Notes: generated by a model from the letters alone, not told the origin. A DNA stretch of 64,000 nucleotides from Chrysomallon squamiferum (GCA_012295275.1 CM022672.1:34286001-34350000), one strand, 5' to 3'; counted from the first letter of the stretch, positions 30,990-54,723 are shown. Numbers and translations: made by a program.

Positions 30990-31991
30990 CGTTTCTATTT
31001 ATTTATTTTTCTCATCTTTATAAAAAATATTTTCAATTTATTTATTTTTTTTATTTATTTATTTATTTATTTATTTATTTGTTTGTTTATTTGTTTGTTT
31101 GTTTGTTTCAGAAGAAGGGCTGCAGTGTATTCGCAGAAAGGAAACAAAATATCTTCGCGAGTTTCTGGGAGACTTCCTGTCATGGCTGACGCTGGACCAC
31201 GACTCTCAGAGTGCCCCCAAAACCGGTCTACTCCCCGACCTGCTGTTCTCCCTCCCATTCCCCGACGTGGGCGGGGACCACGGGGCGCGGTCGGCGTGTC
31301 AGTGCGTGCGGTGCAGAAACAACGACTTCACCCCCAGCAGCTCGCCCGACTCAGCCTCGTTCAGCCACGCCGGAAGTGACAGCTCGTGCAGTGCGCAGAC
31401 TCCGCTCTCGGAGAGCCCGAGTTTCGAGAACAGGGAGAAGTTGTTCCAGTGCAAGGAATGCGGGAAGACGTTCAAGAGGTCGTCGACGTTGTCGACGCAC
31501 ATGCTCATACACAGCGACACTCGGCCCTACCCGTGTCCGTACTGCGGGAAGAGGTTCCACCAGAAATCCGACATGAAGAAACACACGTACATTCACACAG
31601 GTAACACACGTACATTCACACAGGTGACACACGTACATTCACACAGGTGACACACGTACATTCACACAGGTGACACACGTACATTCACACAGGTAACACA
31701 CGTACATTCACACAGGTAACACACGTACATTCACACAGGTGACACACGTACATTCACACAGGTGACACACGTACATTCACACAGGTGACACACGTACATT
31801 CACACAGGTAACACACGTACATTCACACAGGTGACACACGTACATTCACACAGGTAACACACGTACATCCACACAGGTAACACACGTACATTCACACAGG
31901 TAACGTTTTATAGATAAACATAAACCATACACATTATCTCGCTTAGTAATAACAGTTGTAGTAGTAGCAACAACAACAAGAACAACAGCAC

Positions 31992-32047
<56 letters not shown>

Positions 32048-32668
32048 GATTATGATGATGATGATGACGATAATGACATAATTATTTTTCATTCGTTTGT
32101 TTTTATTAGTTTTCTGTTTGTTGTTATTGGCGTCGGTGCTGTGTATTATCATCATCATCATCGTCGTCATTAATATTCTGATTACCATTTATATTGTCAT
32201 TATCATCATCGTTAAAATTATTATTATTATTATTATTATTATATCATCATCATATCTTCATAATTGTTACTATTACTGTTATTATTGTATCATTATTATT
32301 GTTATTATTATGATCATCATCATTATCATCATCAACATTACAGTCATCACCAAAATCATCAACATCATCATCATCATTATTACTGTTACTGTTATTATCA
32401 TAATCATCATCGTTATTACTATCACTATCAAAATCATTATTATTACTATCACTATCATCATCATCACTAACTCTGTTATCATCGCGTTGCAGGTGAGAAA
32501 CCACACAAGTGTACAATATGCGGCAAGGCTTTCAGTCAGTCCTCCAACCTCATCACACACAGCCGCAAACACTCGGGCTACAAGCCTTTCTCGTGCACCC
32601 AGTGCGCGCGCTCCTTTCAGAGGAAGGTCGACCTGCGACGTCATCTCGAGATAACGAGTCACAGGTAG
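24653..32668 (+). CDS. GFI1: Gfi-1/senseless family SNAG + C2H2 zinc-finger transcriptional repressor; join(24653..24758,28500..28673,31112..31600,32493..32668), 314 aa
   Basis: N-terminal SNAG motif MPRSFMIKK. Fingers [101 protein letters not shown] closely match Gfi-1 fingers 3-6 and senseless. All three introns are GT-AG and phase 1; the CDS totals 945 nt. Confidence 0.9.
27730..28390. repeat. Degenerate (AGT)n microsatellite in Gfi-1 intron 1
   Basis: Imperfect gtagtagta tract. Confidence 0.9.
28500..28673 (+). CDS. GFI1: Gfi-1/senseless coding exon 2
   Basis: Acceptor gacttag, donor G|GTAGGT, phase 1-1, open frame ([10 protein letters not shown]...RHSET), non-repetitive composition; no recognisable domain. 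Confidence 0.7.
31112..31600 (+). CDS. GFI1: Gfi-1/senseless coding exon 3 (zinc fingers 1-2)
   Basis: Acceptor tttcag at 31111, GC-rich ORF 31099..31650, donor CAG|GTAACA inside the HTG|EKP linker. Confidence 0.93.
31581..31904 (+). repeat. 23-bp minisatellite x14 spanning the Gfi-1 exon 3 splice donor
   Basis: Unit acacacgtacattcacacag|gt(a/g); the first 20 nt of copy 1 are coding (HTYIHT-G). Confidence 0.97.
32493..32668 (+). CDS. GFI1: Gfi-1/senseless last exon (zinc fingers 3-4)
   Basis: Acceptor ttgcag; [27 protein letters not shown]...[16 protein letters not shown] followed by TAG. Confidence 0.93.
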
Positions 32669-33495
32669 AGAGAGAGAGAGATCTACAGCTACAACGACAC
32701 ATTTACGAAACGTCGGTACGATAAGTTGCAGGCAGACGTTTAGAGAATTAGGATCTTCGAGATGTTTTTGGTTTCATTTATGCAGTTGTAGCTTAAAACG
32801 ATAAAAATAAGTTTGCAGATGCACAACAACAGCTACAGCTACAAAATTAGGAATTGAGAGTCACCGGCGTCTTCAACATCATCATTTACAACTACTAGGA
32901 CATGAACCGTAAGAACAAAGTATATATATGAAACGTTGTGTCAAAAACAAACTCTGTACGTTACAAAAACAATGTTAGGAATTTGGAGTAGTCTTCTCTA
33001 TATACCGCCTGTTACTGCTACAACGACAACAACAACAACAACACAAAAACATGAGGACAGCAGGCATAATAACAAAGTCATAAATAACAAGCAGACCTGC
33101 AACAACAACGAGGACAACATTTTAGCAACTTAAAACTGAACGTCGTACTGGTCTTACGCCAGACGTAGACAAAACAATGTAACAACAAAAGCAACAGCAA
33201 CAACGCCAACATTACTAGAGATAAGATTATATATGTGACGTACAATCGTAAAGAAAAAACCACCGAAAGATACGACAGCGACAACGACACCAATCAGCAC
33301 ATATGATTCTAAAGGAAGAATTATTCTTTTATATCTTGTGAATGAAAAAAAAAAAAAAAAATTTCTTTGTTCTTGGGAACCGTTTTAGTAAATCAAAACT
33401 TGAAAAACTTGCAAACCGTTTGTGAAAGACAATCAGTAGAATGAATCCTTTGATGGCAAAACAAAGGGGTATGTGTGTATGTTTCCTGTAAAAAA

Positions 33496-33526
<31 letters not shown>

Positions 33527-34952
33527 GACGAAACGAACAGTAGATGTGCAGCTATGAATCATCTGGACTTAAAAATGACGTCACAAACTGTGTGGAACAT
33601 TTTAAATTTAATTTAATTTAATTTAATTTGACTTAATTTAATTTGATTTAATTTTATTTTATTTAATTTTATTTGATTTTATTTGTTTATTTGTTTATTT
33701 GTTCATTTATTTTTAGTTTTTAAAAAAGAGAAAACATCTGAATGATGTTGCTATACATTTCAAAACAAATTTGAAAAATGTGATTACATTTTTTTTTAAA
33801 TTTTATATTATATTATATTGTTATGTTATATTATATTATATTATATTATATTATATTATATTATATTATATTATATTATATTATATTATACATCTAGTGT
33901 GCAGTAACTTATGAATATGGATTCGGTTTATCGTAACAGTGGTAACAAGTACTAGAATTTAGAACTCTTAAGAGAAACGATACTTTTTTATTTTTTTTTT
34001 TTTTTTTTTTTTTTTATTTTTCTTTTTGCTATATAACATTTGTTTTCTGTTTTTAATGTTTCAAATATTATTAAATGCGCAGGTTAAAGATAGATGTCAT
34101 CCAAAATATGAAATGCAAACAAGTAAACAAAAGTAGATGTTCGGGTGTTTTCGGAAGAATGATTTAATATGGCGAATCTGAACGAAGTTGTACGATTTAA
34201 AGTGTGTATCTGGACGTGAAATAGCATAAATAAAATTCCTGTGTAAAATAATTGTTTAATTAAGTTTACGACCAGTCTTTCCTAATAATAAAGTATGTAT
34301 GATCTGGTCCCGTTTATAACGGTATTGTCCTTTTTCTTGTTTAATCAAGAGTAGTAACAAGTAGTAACAAGTAGTAACAAGTAGTAACAAAAACGACAAT
34401 GCTAGCTCCTTATTATTTACGTTATTATCAGTCTGGTTGAGTGTTGGGAAGGACTAAAACAGACAGTTATAAATAGGAAAGATGTATTTATATTATTAAT
34501 AATACTTTATTGTCAGTAAAGATTGGTTTGTCTAAACTAGCAAAGCAAACGATTGTAAATAAAAAAAAAATCTTTATTCAAATTATGTTTTTGAAAATCG
34601 CACCCGTACCGATACATTTAGAGGAACAATGTTTTAATGTCTTTATTTAATTATTTTTTTTTATATCACTTTTAATACTATATCGAGTAGTTTTGATCTC
34701 AGAATTCTTTTCTTTCATTTTTTGTATATTAATGTTTTACCTGTGAGCCGATTTTTCAGAAGCGACAACGAATAAAGCTTTGAGGAAAGTGATCTCATTT
34801 TAGAATTAAAACTTTTTTAGGTTTAGTGTGTAATCAGAATGGACTACTGTTTAGTAAAATCACCTTTTCAACCAGTCTATGAGTTTATGTTAACATTACT
34901 GTAGTTTCGAAAAATATATCTGTCATCGCCTTGTAACGGTAAAGAAACACAC

Positions 34953-34994
<42 letters not shown>

Positions 34995-35005
34995 TACTAC
35001 TACTA

Positions 35006-35036
<31 letters not shown>

Positions 35037-35810
35037 TATTATTACTATTATTATTATTATTGTTATTATAATCTTTTAATATTATTATTATTAATTATAA
35101 ATTATTTCTTCTTCTTCTTCTTATTATTATTATTGTAACATCTGTTTTTTATTTTATTTTAAATTTATTGATCGTGCATATCACTATCACATGTAATTTT
35201 ATAATTCTGCTTTTAACATGGAGTAGAGATTATTCAGTAAACGATTTCTAGATTCCTAATCCTGTGAAAACTACTTACTTCTTTTGGTACAATTATTTTG
35301 TGCGTGTGTTGTAATTATATTCAGTGTAAATAAACATCAATTCAGTACGTATGTGTGTGTGTGTGTGTGTGTGTGTTGGTGCGTGCATGCGTCTGTCTAC
35401 TTTGTTTTGATATAAGCCTGTCTTCCTGTCTACATATCTAGTAACCTCTCTCTCTCACACACACACACGCACGCACGCACATACATTAATGTTTCTGTAC
35501 CTATGTTTGACTCTATATATGTTTCTGTATATATGTACACTATGTCATGACATCTGTTTTTGTGAGTATCATTCAAGTGTGCGTCATATTGCTGTGTATA
35601 GTAATATGTTCTAAATTATTTAAATTTAATTCATTTATGTTTATTTGCTCTTGGAGCGGTTTTATGCAATTAATATTTATTTATTTATATATTTACATTA
35701 ATTTATCTCTATAATTTTTACCTTCTTGTTTGTTATCTCCCATACGTGTATATAAGTAATAAAATGAAAATAATGATATATGAAGAATGATTTGGTTTTG
35801 TATTTGTATA

Positions 35811-35899
<89 letters not shown>

Positions 35900-35938
35900 G
35901 CTCATGCATACATAGACATACATGTACATACACACACA

Positions 35939-35975
<37 letters not shown>

Positions 35976-36569
35976 ACAAAACAGTTTCCAAGAGAGAAAT
36001 AGCACACTGTTGTTATAAACACGATCATTGAATTGTCTGTTTGAAGTTTACATTATTAAATAAACAAAAATATATGTGCACGATAAATCCATGTATGTCT
36101 TCATTATTAAATTAAAAGCCAGAAATAAAACAAATATGAGCGCTATTAATCAATTTAACTGCTTTCCACCGCAGTAATATAATTTATTTATTTGATGTAT
36201 GTGATAAACTTCAAAACGTATGTTCGAAATGTAATTGTGGATTGAAAAACGAAATGACATAAAAAGAACAACAACAAAACAGGACAGAAGAATAACAACA
36301 ACAACAGCAGCAATAACCAATAATGACGACGACAGTAATAATACTGCTGGTGTTTTACTAGTAGTACAACAACAACAACAACTGCTCCTACTACTATTAG
36401 TACGACTACTACTGCTGCTGCTACTGATAGTAATATGTCTACTACTTCTTCTAACTGTGCTATTACTTCTACTAATTGCAGCTGTTACGACTACTACTAC
36501 TGTTTCAAATATATAATATGACAACTACTGCTGTTGCTTCTAAAAATTAATAATAATAATAACAATAAA

Positions 36570-36614
<45 letters not shown>

Positions 36615-38294
36615 GGCGAGGTATATACTCTCCTGTTTATGGGATGTCACACATAAACTATCCGCTGCTGCTAACTGCAAAAATAAAAATAAAAAATAAA
36701 AAAATGGACGCGAAGCCGTGGCAATGATTTCTTCTCTGAGTGATTCTAAACAATAGTGATGACGTCATGTAACCATAGACGAGTGCATCGTTAGATAAAG
36801 AGATATACAGTTTAAAATAACAGAATTTCAGGAACTGAAAAAAGGCTTATATTTATTTTATTTTTTATTTTTTTTTACACAAATTTTACAGATGGCTTAT
36901 AAAATATGAAACTGGTGATGTAAAAAGTGGATTTTAAAAATATTTCAATAAGATTAAATTTAACAATATCGAAATCGATTTGTGATAAATGTGATTAATG
37001 ATTTTGGGAAAAAATACAAGAAAGAAACCAAAAATAACAAAAACAACAAAAAAGAAGAGCCAAAAACAATAATGATAAATAATTATACATAATAAATAAA
37101 TAAATAAATACTGATTAAAATTATAACAGTAAAATAATAAATAAATAAATAAATAAATAAACCAACGAAAAACACAACAACAAACAAAACAAATACAAAT
37201 AATAACAATGCAATTTTAATGCTAATTAAAATAAAACAAAAAACAAAAACAAATGCAAAATATAAATTTTTCATTATAACAATGTAAAAAAACTTTTATT
37301 CTTTATTCGTAAATCCCTCCTTTTTGCCCCCTCAACGGTGTTTAATTGGTCTTTAGCATCAATCCCACAAAACATCCTGTCTCTCTGGAGTATTCGTAAT
37401 TGTAATTAGCTCCATTCATAAGTGAAGCTTTATAACAAATAATTTAATAATTTCGTTAGTTTCACGTAACACAATAAAATAAAAAAGACCCACAAACGTC
37501 ATCGGTGAGTATAATTTAATGTTTGAGGCATCGCTACCACCGCGCAGGGGAGTCGAAATTAGGTAAGGATCGGAAACGCGTACAACGACGATATAAACTT
37601 ATTGAATCTGGACATGGAGGAATGAAGCGAAACGGAAAATATTTACATGCAATAAATGCCACGAATTTGACAACTGATTCTTTCGATCTTGCTCAACTTA
37701 ACGTGGACCTGTGGCGTAACAAGCAGATATTTTTGCCTTTGTTGTGTAATTGTTGTATTACAGGAGCCTAATTTCTGTTAATAATAAAGTTTGACAATTC
37801 CACGAAGATTCCTACTGAGCTACTGTGCTTTCTTTCATAATCATTTAAAGAGAGGAAAGCAATTATTATGACACTTTTAATATTAATTATTTTACGTTCA
37901 CATAATCTTGACTTGTTATGAATAGGTTATGCAGTTTTATATAATTTTAATTCGTAATTAATTAACAGTCAGGTACGGAATTAACTTATATGACGTCATT
38001 GTGCAGTATTTATTTACGCAGTCATATGATAATAGCTTCTAAGGGAAATAATCCAGAAGGTGTGCAAAGCAATATCGATTTCGAAACTTATCTTTAATAG
38101 TTTTAGTTTTTCAATTTCTTTGAAATACTTTGTGCACTGTCGTAGTTGTAAATGATAATTTTAATCTGCAAACCATTTAATATATTAATTATTTAGTTAG
38201 TTAGTTAGTTATTTGGTTGTTTCTTAACTGCGATTTGTCTATCTATATATTTGTCTGTGTGTCTATCTACCTATCTGTCTACCTACCTACCTAC

Positions 38295-38357
<63 letters not shown>

Positions 38358-38736
38358 GCTATCTTTCTTCATTTTTTCTTTGCTGGTGTTTAGTTATATT
38401 AGATATAACACAACTGCTAAACAATCTATCTATATATCTACCTTTCTATCGTTCTTTCTTTCTTTCTTTTCTTATTTTTTGCTGGTATTTAGTTTTTATT
38501 CTATATTAGAAATAACAGTTGTTAATAAACCATCTCCTCTAATGAGCTCATCCTGTGTAGATTTATTGCCTCGGGTCACCACGCGAACCTCACGTGCCGA
38601 AAATTTCTATTTTTAGTAACACGCTGGCATATTGATAAGCAAATGAATAAGAAAATGAAGAATAAATAAATGAAGGAATGAATGAATACAAGCAAATTAA
38701 TTTAACGTTTATTAAATTGATATATTTAGTGTGAAT

Positions 38737-38786
<50 letters not shown>

Positions 38787-39656
38787 CAGAAAAAAAAAAT
38801 AATTAGAACAATTCTTTATTGTAAATTTTGCAACAATTGAAATACAATCTCATTTTATCTAGCATAAAAAATATCGGGTTTTATCGCATAAATTTAAATC
38901 ATAATTATAACTGATAACGTTTTCGAGTCCTTTTTTATTGGGGGAAAAAAAAAAATAATAATAATTACATGGTAACATTAAACTAAATCCATCCACATAT
39001 ATTTAATATTTAATAAGTATGCACAGCTAAAACTATTTATTATTTTAATTTGTAGAGAGAATCAAACCTGTAGAGATACAGAAACTGATACTGAAATGAA
39101 ACTGTTAAGATATGGAGATTGGAGCTGCGCTTGTTTGTGTTAACATCCGTACACGGCTAAATAAACACGCAGCGGAAATTACGTACATTAAAAATGGATA
39201 GATTTGCACACGTCATATCGGGGAACTCTCTAGGGCGAGAGTTTTCTTTTGCTTGATTTTGCAAATATTGAATCATCGGCCCATTTCGGCTCCGTAGAAG
39301 TCAGCTCTTGGGTTTCGAGTGTAGCAATTAACATGCAATAGTGATGACCCAGTGAAAGTTTAATGAGCAGGGGAAATTCCCAGTTGATATATCCGTGATT
39401 TTCAACAATCACATCACTCGAAAATATCGTGCGGCTTTGCTGTTAGCGCGCTACCTTCGGGCGGGTTTCCAAAACAGTGGCCATTCGACCTAAACCGTAA
39501 AACGCCCGAGAAAACACGACGAGAAAACGCTTCGTCGTCGAATCCTTTGAATAATACATGGAGAATGAAAACACGGGTACAATCTATGTTATTAATTTGA
39601 CGTGCTGCGTGAAAGAATACGATTCAGTAATGTTTCTTTCACCTTTTTTTTTTTTT

Positions 39657-39689
<33 letters not shown>

Positions 39690-40479
39690 TCTTTTGTAAT
39701 ACAGGAAAGTAAAATTGTTTTGAAAAATAAATGTAATTAATAAATGTGACAAATATTGCAAATCCTGAGTGAATTAAATCAAATCAAACAAAAAAAAAAA
39801 CACACAAAAAAACAAGCTATTAATAAATTAATGAGAAACACTCAAGTCGACAGTTAAAAAAATATATAAAAAAAAAAAAAAAAAAAAAAAAAAGAAAAAA
39901 AGGAAAGAAAGACTACATAGATACACATAAACATACATACACACAAGAACAGTACGCACAACATAAAACACATGCACGCACATACAAATACATGTATACA
40001 CAAACACTCTAGTCATATTTTTTAGTGGTGTCTTTAGTGAGAAATGTAAGCATCAAAAACTAAAAAATATTTTATTTTTTTACTTTCTAACATATGTATT
40101 TCTACATTTTTTACCTTATGTGTCGGTTATAAACTATTTTATTATCTCGTTTATAACGTCATTTGTGTCATCATACAAACCTTCTTTTTGTCTTTTTTCT
40201 GATATATATATATATATATATATATATTTGCATTCATATACAAATGCATTAATACAACTCGATAATACAAAATATATATATATTTGCCACAGTACACCTC
40301 AGTATCTCAGCTGGGTTTAAAATATAAGCGTTGTTCCATCACAAATGAACACAACTGCGTATGCCCTGAACATTCTGCTATAGAAATATTGTTAGTAAAA
40401 TATAAATTTAAGTTTTGTTGCTTTTCTCTGTTTTAGTCTACAGAATTTTATACAGTACAAATATTTTTCTAAGTTAGGA

Positions 40480-40564
<85 letters not shown>

Positions 40565-42031
40565 AATACCTATATCTAACCACATATTTATATAAATGTC
40601 TTCTTACTTAAAAATGATTTAACGTTCTTTTTTTAAATTAAAATTTATTTAACGTTCTGTTTTTAAACTAAACATAAAAGGAATTATTTATTAAATATTT
40701 TATTTATTTTTATTTATTTATTTTGTTTTGTTTGCATATTTATTTGTAGAATTTTTTTTCTTAACTTATTAAAATGTATTTAACTATGGTTCTAGATTCA
40801 TACAAGAGTCTGCTTTTATGTTGTTGTTTTTATTTTTTATTATTATTTTTTTTTTTTTGCTTTATTTTCAGTCTAGTAAATCAGTAATACAAATGAATTA
40901 CTATTACTTCATTATTTCTGTTTATTTATTAATTTTCATTCTTTGCTTATTCATTTTTTTTTTAATGCTTTCTTTATTTATTAAAATCTTAAAATACATT
41001 TAATTATCATTTATCTTCAGAATAACGTTTCTCGTAATTCAGAAATACAAATGAATTATTTCGAGGTTCAGAAGGTTACGTTAATATATTAAATAACGTT
41101 AACATTAAAAATAAGCGTAACGTAATAACCGTGGCAGAATTTACAACAGAACCGCGTCCTTAGCTCGCGTGCTAGTTGGCTCAGTCAGCTCGAGAGATGT
41201 AATTCTTTTGTCAAGAGATACAGAGCTAGTTTATATTATTAAGCCGTCTCTGCGAACTATAATGTTAAGTAATTATAGTTATAACTCGTCTCCATGGAAA
41301 TCACATTTGCATTACAAGCAAGTTCAAAGAAGTTCAATTACAAAAACGCGCGAAAATTTCATGGTGGATTACGAAACGGTGTCTACTTGTTGCTTACTGG
41401 TGCGCGCGCAGCGCCATCTGTGTCCTACTAAATGACTATAATATGATAATGTTTGTCTCGGCGGAGACAGCTGTGTGTAACACGTCTATTTACAACTCGC
41501 TGATACAGACGTAGGCAATTAAACAACACTATTACTTGTTACGTACTAAATGATTACGAGAAATTAATGGTTATCTGCCCCGCATGAAATTAGCTCTCGC
41601 GTAGACGAGACCAGAGAAAATTTACATTTTTTTTTTTCTTTTTCTCTTTCATAAATCAAACTGGCGCAGACTTGAGATTAGAGGACTATAAATAGAACGT
41701 CTAATGTGTACTTTTTAAATAGCTGATAACATTCCGTAAATACATTTTGTATGCTTCAAAATGTTTTATTTCTGATAAAAAAATAATCCTGCGCTAACAA
41801 AGAGATTAATTAAGGTTTTTGTATTCACTTGTTAATAAAACACTTTATAAGCTTTTATACCGTGACGATACATGAAAAATGTTCCTTTACATTTTTGTTT
41901 TAATTCCTGACTTTGGTATTATTGAATGTCAAGCGAGTTTTATATATCACAATTAACTTGAATTTTCAAATATACATTTTAAAATGCAAAATATGAAATT
42001 ACAAAACACACACACATACAGATAGACAGAC

Positions 42032-42096
<65 letters not shown>

Positions 42097-42129
42097 TTAA
42101 TAAACCTATTAATATTTTATTATTATCAA

Positions 42130-42199
<70 letters not shown>

Positions 42200-42552
42200 T
42201 GAATATTAGAAACTACTAGTATTTCATAGTAAGTTAGCCCTCAGTGGTTACATTTATATTTTATCCGACACTTTATGATTAAAACTATGGAGAAACATTA
42301 TCCTTATTAATAAACGACAGAAATATGTGACAGACCAAATCACCACTGAAAAAAAAAATCATTTTTGTTACAAAAAAAAAAAAAAAAAAAAAAAAGGGAA
42401 AAAAGAAAAAGAAAAGAAGAATAAAAAGAATACGATATAGAAAACGATAATTAATTAACTTTTTGTTTTTGTCACTTAATTTATTTTGCACATTTTAATA
42501 ATTTTTGCCCCTGTTTGTTCTCTTGAGCATTCAAATATTTTATTGCTTATCG

Positions 42553-42690
42553 AAATTGCCAAACTAAATATAATTTGTTACACGAATGAAATGGAAATAA
42601 GAAGACAAATAAATAAATAAATTGCCAAACTAAATATAATTTGTTACACGAATGAAATGGAAATAAGAAGAAAACAAATAAATAAATAAA
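42553..42690. repeat. 66-bp direct tandem duplication
   Basis: aaattgccaaactaaatataatttgttacacgaatgaaatggaaataagaag at 42553 and 42619. Confidence 0.9.
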
Positions 42691-42766
42691 CGTTGAGTAA
42701 CACAGATTACCTGATTATCTTTCTTTACTAGAAATATTCAGATTATTTATTTATATATTAACATTT

Positions 42767-42811
<45 letters not shown>

Positions 42812-42899
42812 TTAATACAGATTCCGTCCAGTATTAAAACCATGTTTTTACCATAACTGGTCCATAACACGACTGTGTTTTTCTTTTTATTATGATTTA

Positions 42900-43218
42900 T
42901 ACACATAGCTCTAAGCTATATCATCGTCGGATCTCACGTCAAAGGAGGAAGTATACTACAAAGGAACAATGGCGACTTAGACATTGCTTTTCGCATGAAC
43001 GTTTTAACGGTATTACGGAATAATCCAGGAAACGTTGACTATTATAACATCTGCATCATTGCACCGGATAAATTCTAACTAGTTTACACAAAGAAAAATA
43101 TCAATTATTAATGGTGTTTTACAGGAAACGCTCTTATCGTGTCGTAGTCTGTAGCATGGTCTCGGACTCGGGTACTGCTTGTCAAACAAATACTTCCGGT
43201 TAATCTATCTTGTATCTG
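42900..43218 (+). promoter_or_regulatory. Putative SIN1 promoter and non-coding first exon
   Basis: CpG-containing patch with ETS-like GGAGGAAGT (42944) and ACTTCCGGT (43192) and YY1-like AATGGCG (about 42968). It ends in a strong donor CTG|GTAAGT at 43218/9 that can pair with the acceptor at 43844 upstream of the ATG. Confidence 0.6.
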
Positions 43219-43595
43219 GTAAGTTTCAGTTTTTGTCATAGTTTATATAGACGTCACTAGTTATTTTCGTCAATACATTAAAAATAAACTCTATATATTC
43301 ATTCTCCTCAAGTTCCAGCCAGAAAAAAAAAAAAAAAAATAATAAAAATAAAAATAAAAATAAAAATTACTTTATAATTAATAGGAGAACGTCAAAATAA
43401 GAACTGTTAGCTACTTTTATTAAGGAAATAGAAACGAATTATATAAGAACTGTTTTCAGCATGACGATGATAATAGTGAACAGTTATTGAGTTAGTAATA
43501 TTAATTAAAAAAAATATTGTCACATTCAAACAATAATTTTGTTTTTTAAATATTTTTTCCACTTGATTTGTTAATAAAATAATAATTTAAAAAAG

Positions 43596-43627
<32 letters not shown>

Positions 43628-43733
43628 ATAATGATAATAATAATAATAATAATATTAACACCACCAAATATAATAATCGTATAATGATAATAAATACAAC
43701 AAAAAATCCCCAATAAAAATAATAATAAACTAC

Positions 43734-43794
<61 letters not shown>

Positions 43795-43871
43795 CCTTTC
43801 ATGTGTAGCTATTTAATTTTGTTTAAAAACTATTTTCTTTCCAGGATGATTTGTTATTAATACAAACAAAC

Positions 43872-53141
<9,270 letters not shown>

Positions 53142-54723
53142 CAAAACATTTCACCGCCAAGAACGTCTTTCATTTTTCAGCGCAGAAAGTTGTTTTTTTT
53201 GTTGTTTTTTTTCTCTGGTTATTTGAAAGGTTCTTAGTTCATAATAAAAATGTGCTGAGCGATTGTTATAGAAAAAAACTTTTCATTCATTCCTATTTTA
53301 TTCTATTTCTTTCTGTCTCTCTGTTGCCTCGAAAATAAAAAAAAAAAAAAAATTAAAAAATTATCAATTACAGATTAAAAAAAAAAAACAGATATTTTTT
53401 TTCAGTTTTCAGACCAAATTAAATTTAATATTTCTTTTACTCTTTCATACATCTTTTCTTTTTTCTTTGTTTCCTTTTTTTCTTTTTTAGGTATGCTTAC
53501 AAAAATACTGATTTATATATAAATAAAGAAATTCCTTAAAGCTGTTAGACAAGTAACTTAACTGAACTTGTTTAGTTTGATGTTGATGTTGAAGGTTTAA
53601 TAGAAATGGTTGAAAATTGTTGGTTGATAAATTTAGCTTGCTTAGGTTTTTGTTACAGTGATGATGATGATGATGATAGTGACGTTGATAATGATGGTGA
53701 TGATGATGATAATATAATTAATAATAATAATAAGAAGAATCTTTAAAAAAGGTATAGGTTTACTGTTGACAGTGAAAATAAACTTGGTTAGGTTTTCATT
53801 AAAATGATGATGATGATGATAATGATAATAATCTTTCAGAATGGGTCTAAATCTATTTACTGTTGATAGTTACAGTAAAATTTACATTGTTAATGTATCA
53901 CCATTGTTAGAAATGGATTTAGACCAAAATGTAAAATAATTTCATACTTGTATGAAATTTGGTAGTTTCTCGTGAACTGTTATGTAAGTCACATTGTTTT
54001 GTTACCTGCTCATGTTGACTGCCATTACTAATAAATGAATGCCATTGAATGCCAAAAAATGAATGCCAATATTATAAGCAGTTACAGAAAGTTTAATATG
54101 TGCTGGTTTTTGTACTGTAATCGTTTCTAGTTATTTACATTTTCAAGTGGAAGTCTGAATGTAGATGTTCAAAGTTGTAAACATTTTGACTGTTTAAAGT
54201 TTTATGGTGTTGACCTTTTACGTTAAAAGATTTAAGCTGTTAACATAAAATTAGTTCTTATGTCATGAGATTTCGCAATTACATCATCAGAATTCACTCA
54301 TTAAATACAAAGATGTAAGTTTCATATATTTTTGTTACGTTCAAGTAGCCAAAACAAAAGGTTACAATACTTTGTTCTCTGTTAAACCTTGGAAAAAAGG
54401 CAAGATCATAAAAAAAAAAAAAAAGTCTTTGCATGTGTGAAAGAATTTTGTTGGTGTTGCGATGAATTACGTGGAAAACAATGTTTGTATTTATTTTTAA
54501 AAAATACTGGACGAACCTTCTCAGGGAAATAAAACTATGAACTAAACTGTAATGTTTATTATTATTATTATTTTTTTTTTTTTGTTTGTTTGTTTCTTAT
54601 TCAATTAAAAATGAAAAAGAAGAATAATAATAAAGGTGCATGTAATTCTGCTAGCAGTATTTTTTAACTATTATTCAGTGACTCGTAAAACAATTCTAAT
54701 AATCATTTTTCATAATCTTATTA

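Noticed and set aside
31211-31638. Alternative-frame and antisense ORFs over the zinc-finger exon
   Set aside because: Shadow ORFs of a GC-rich coding exon.
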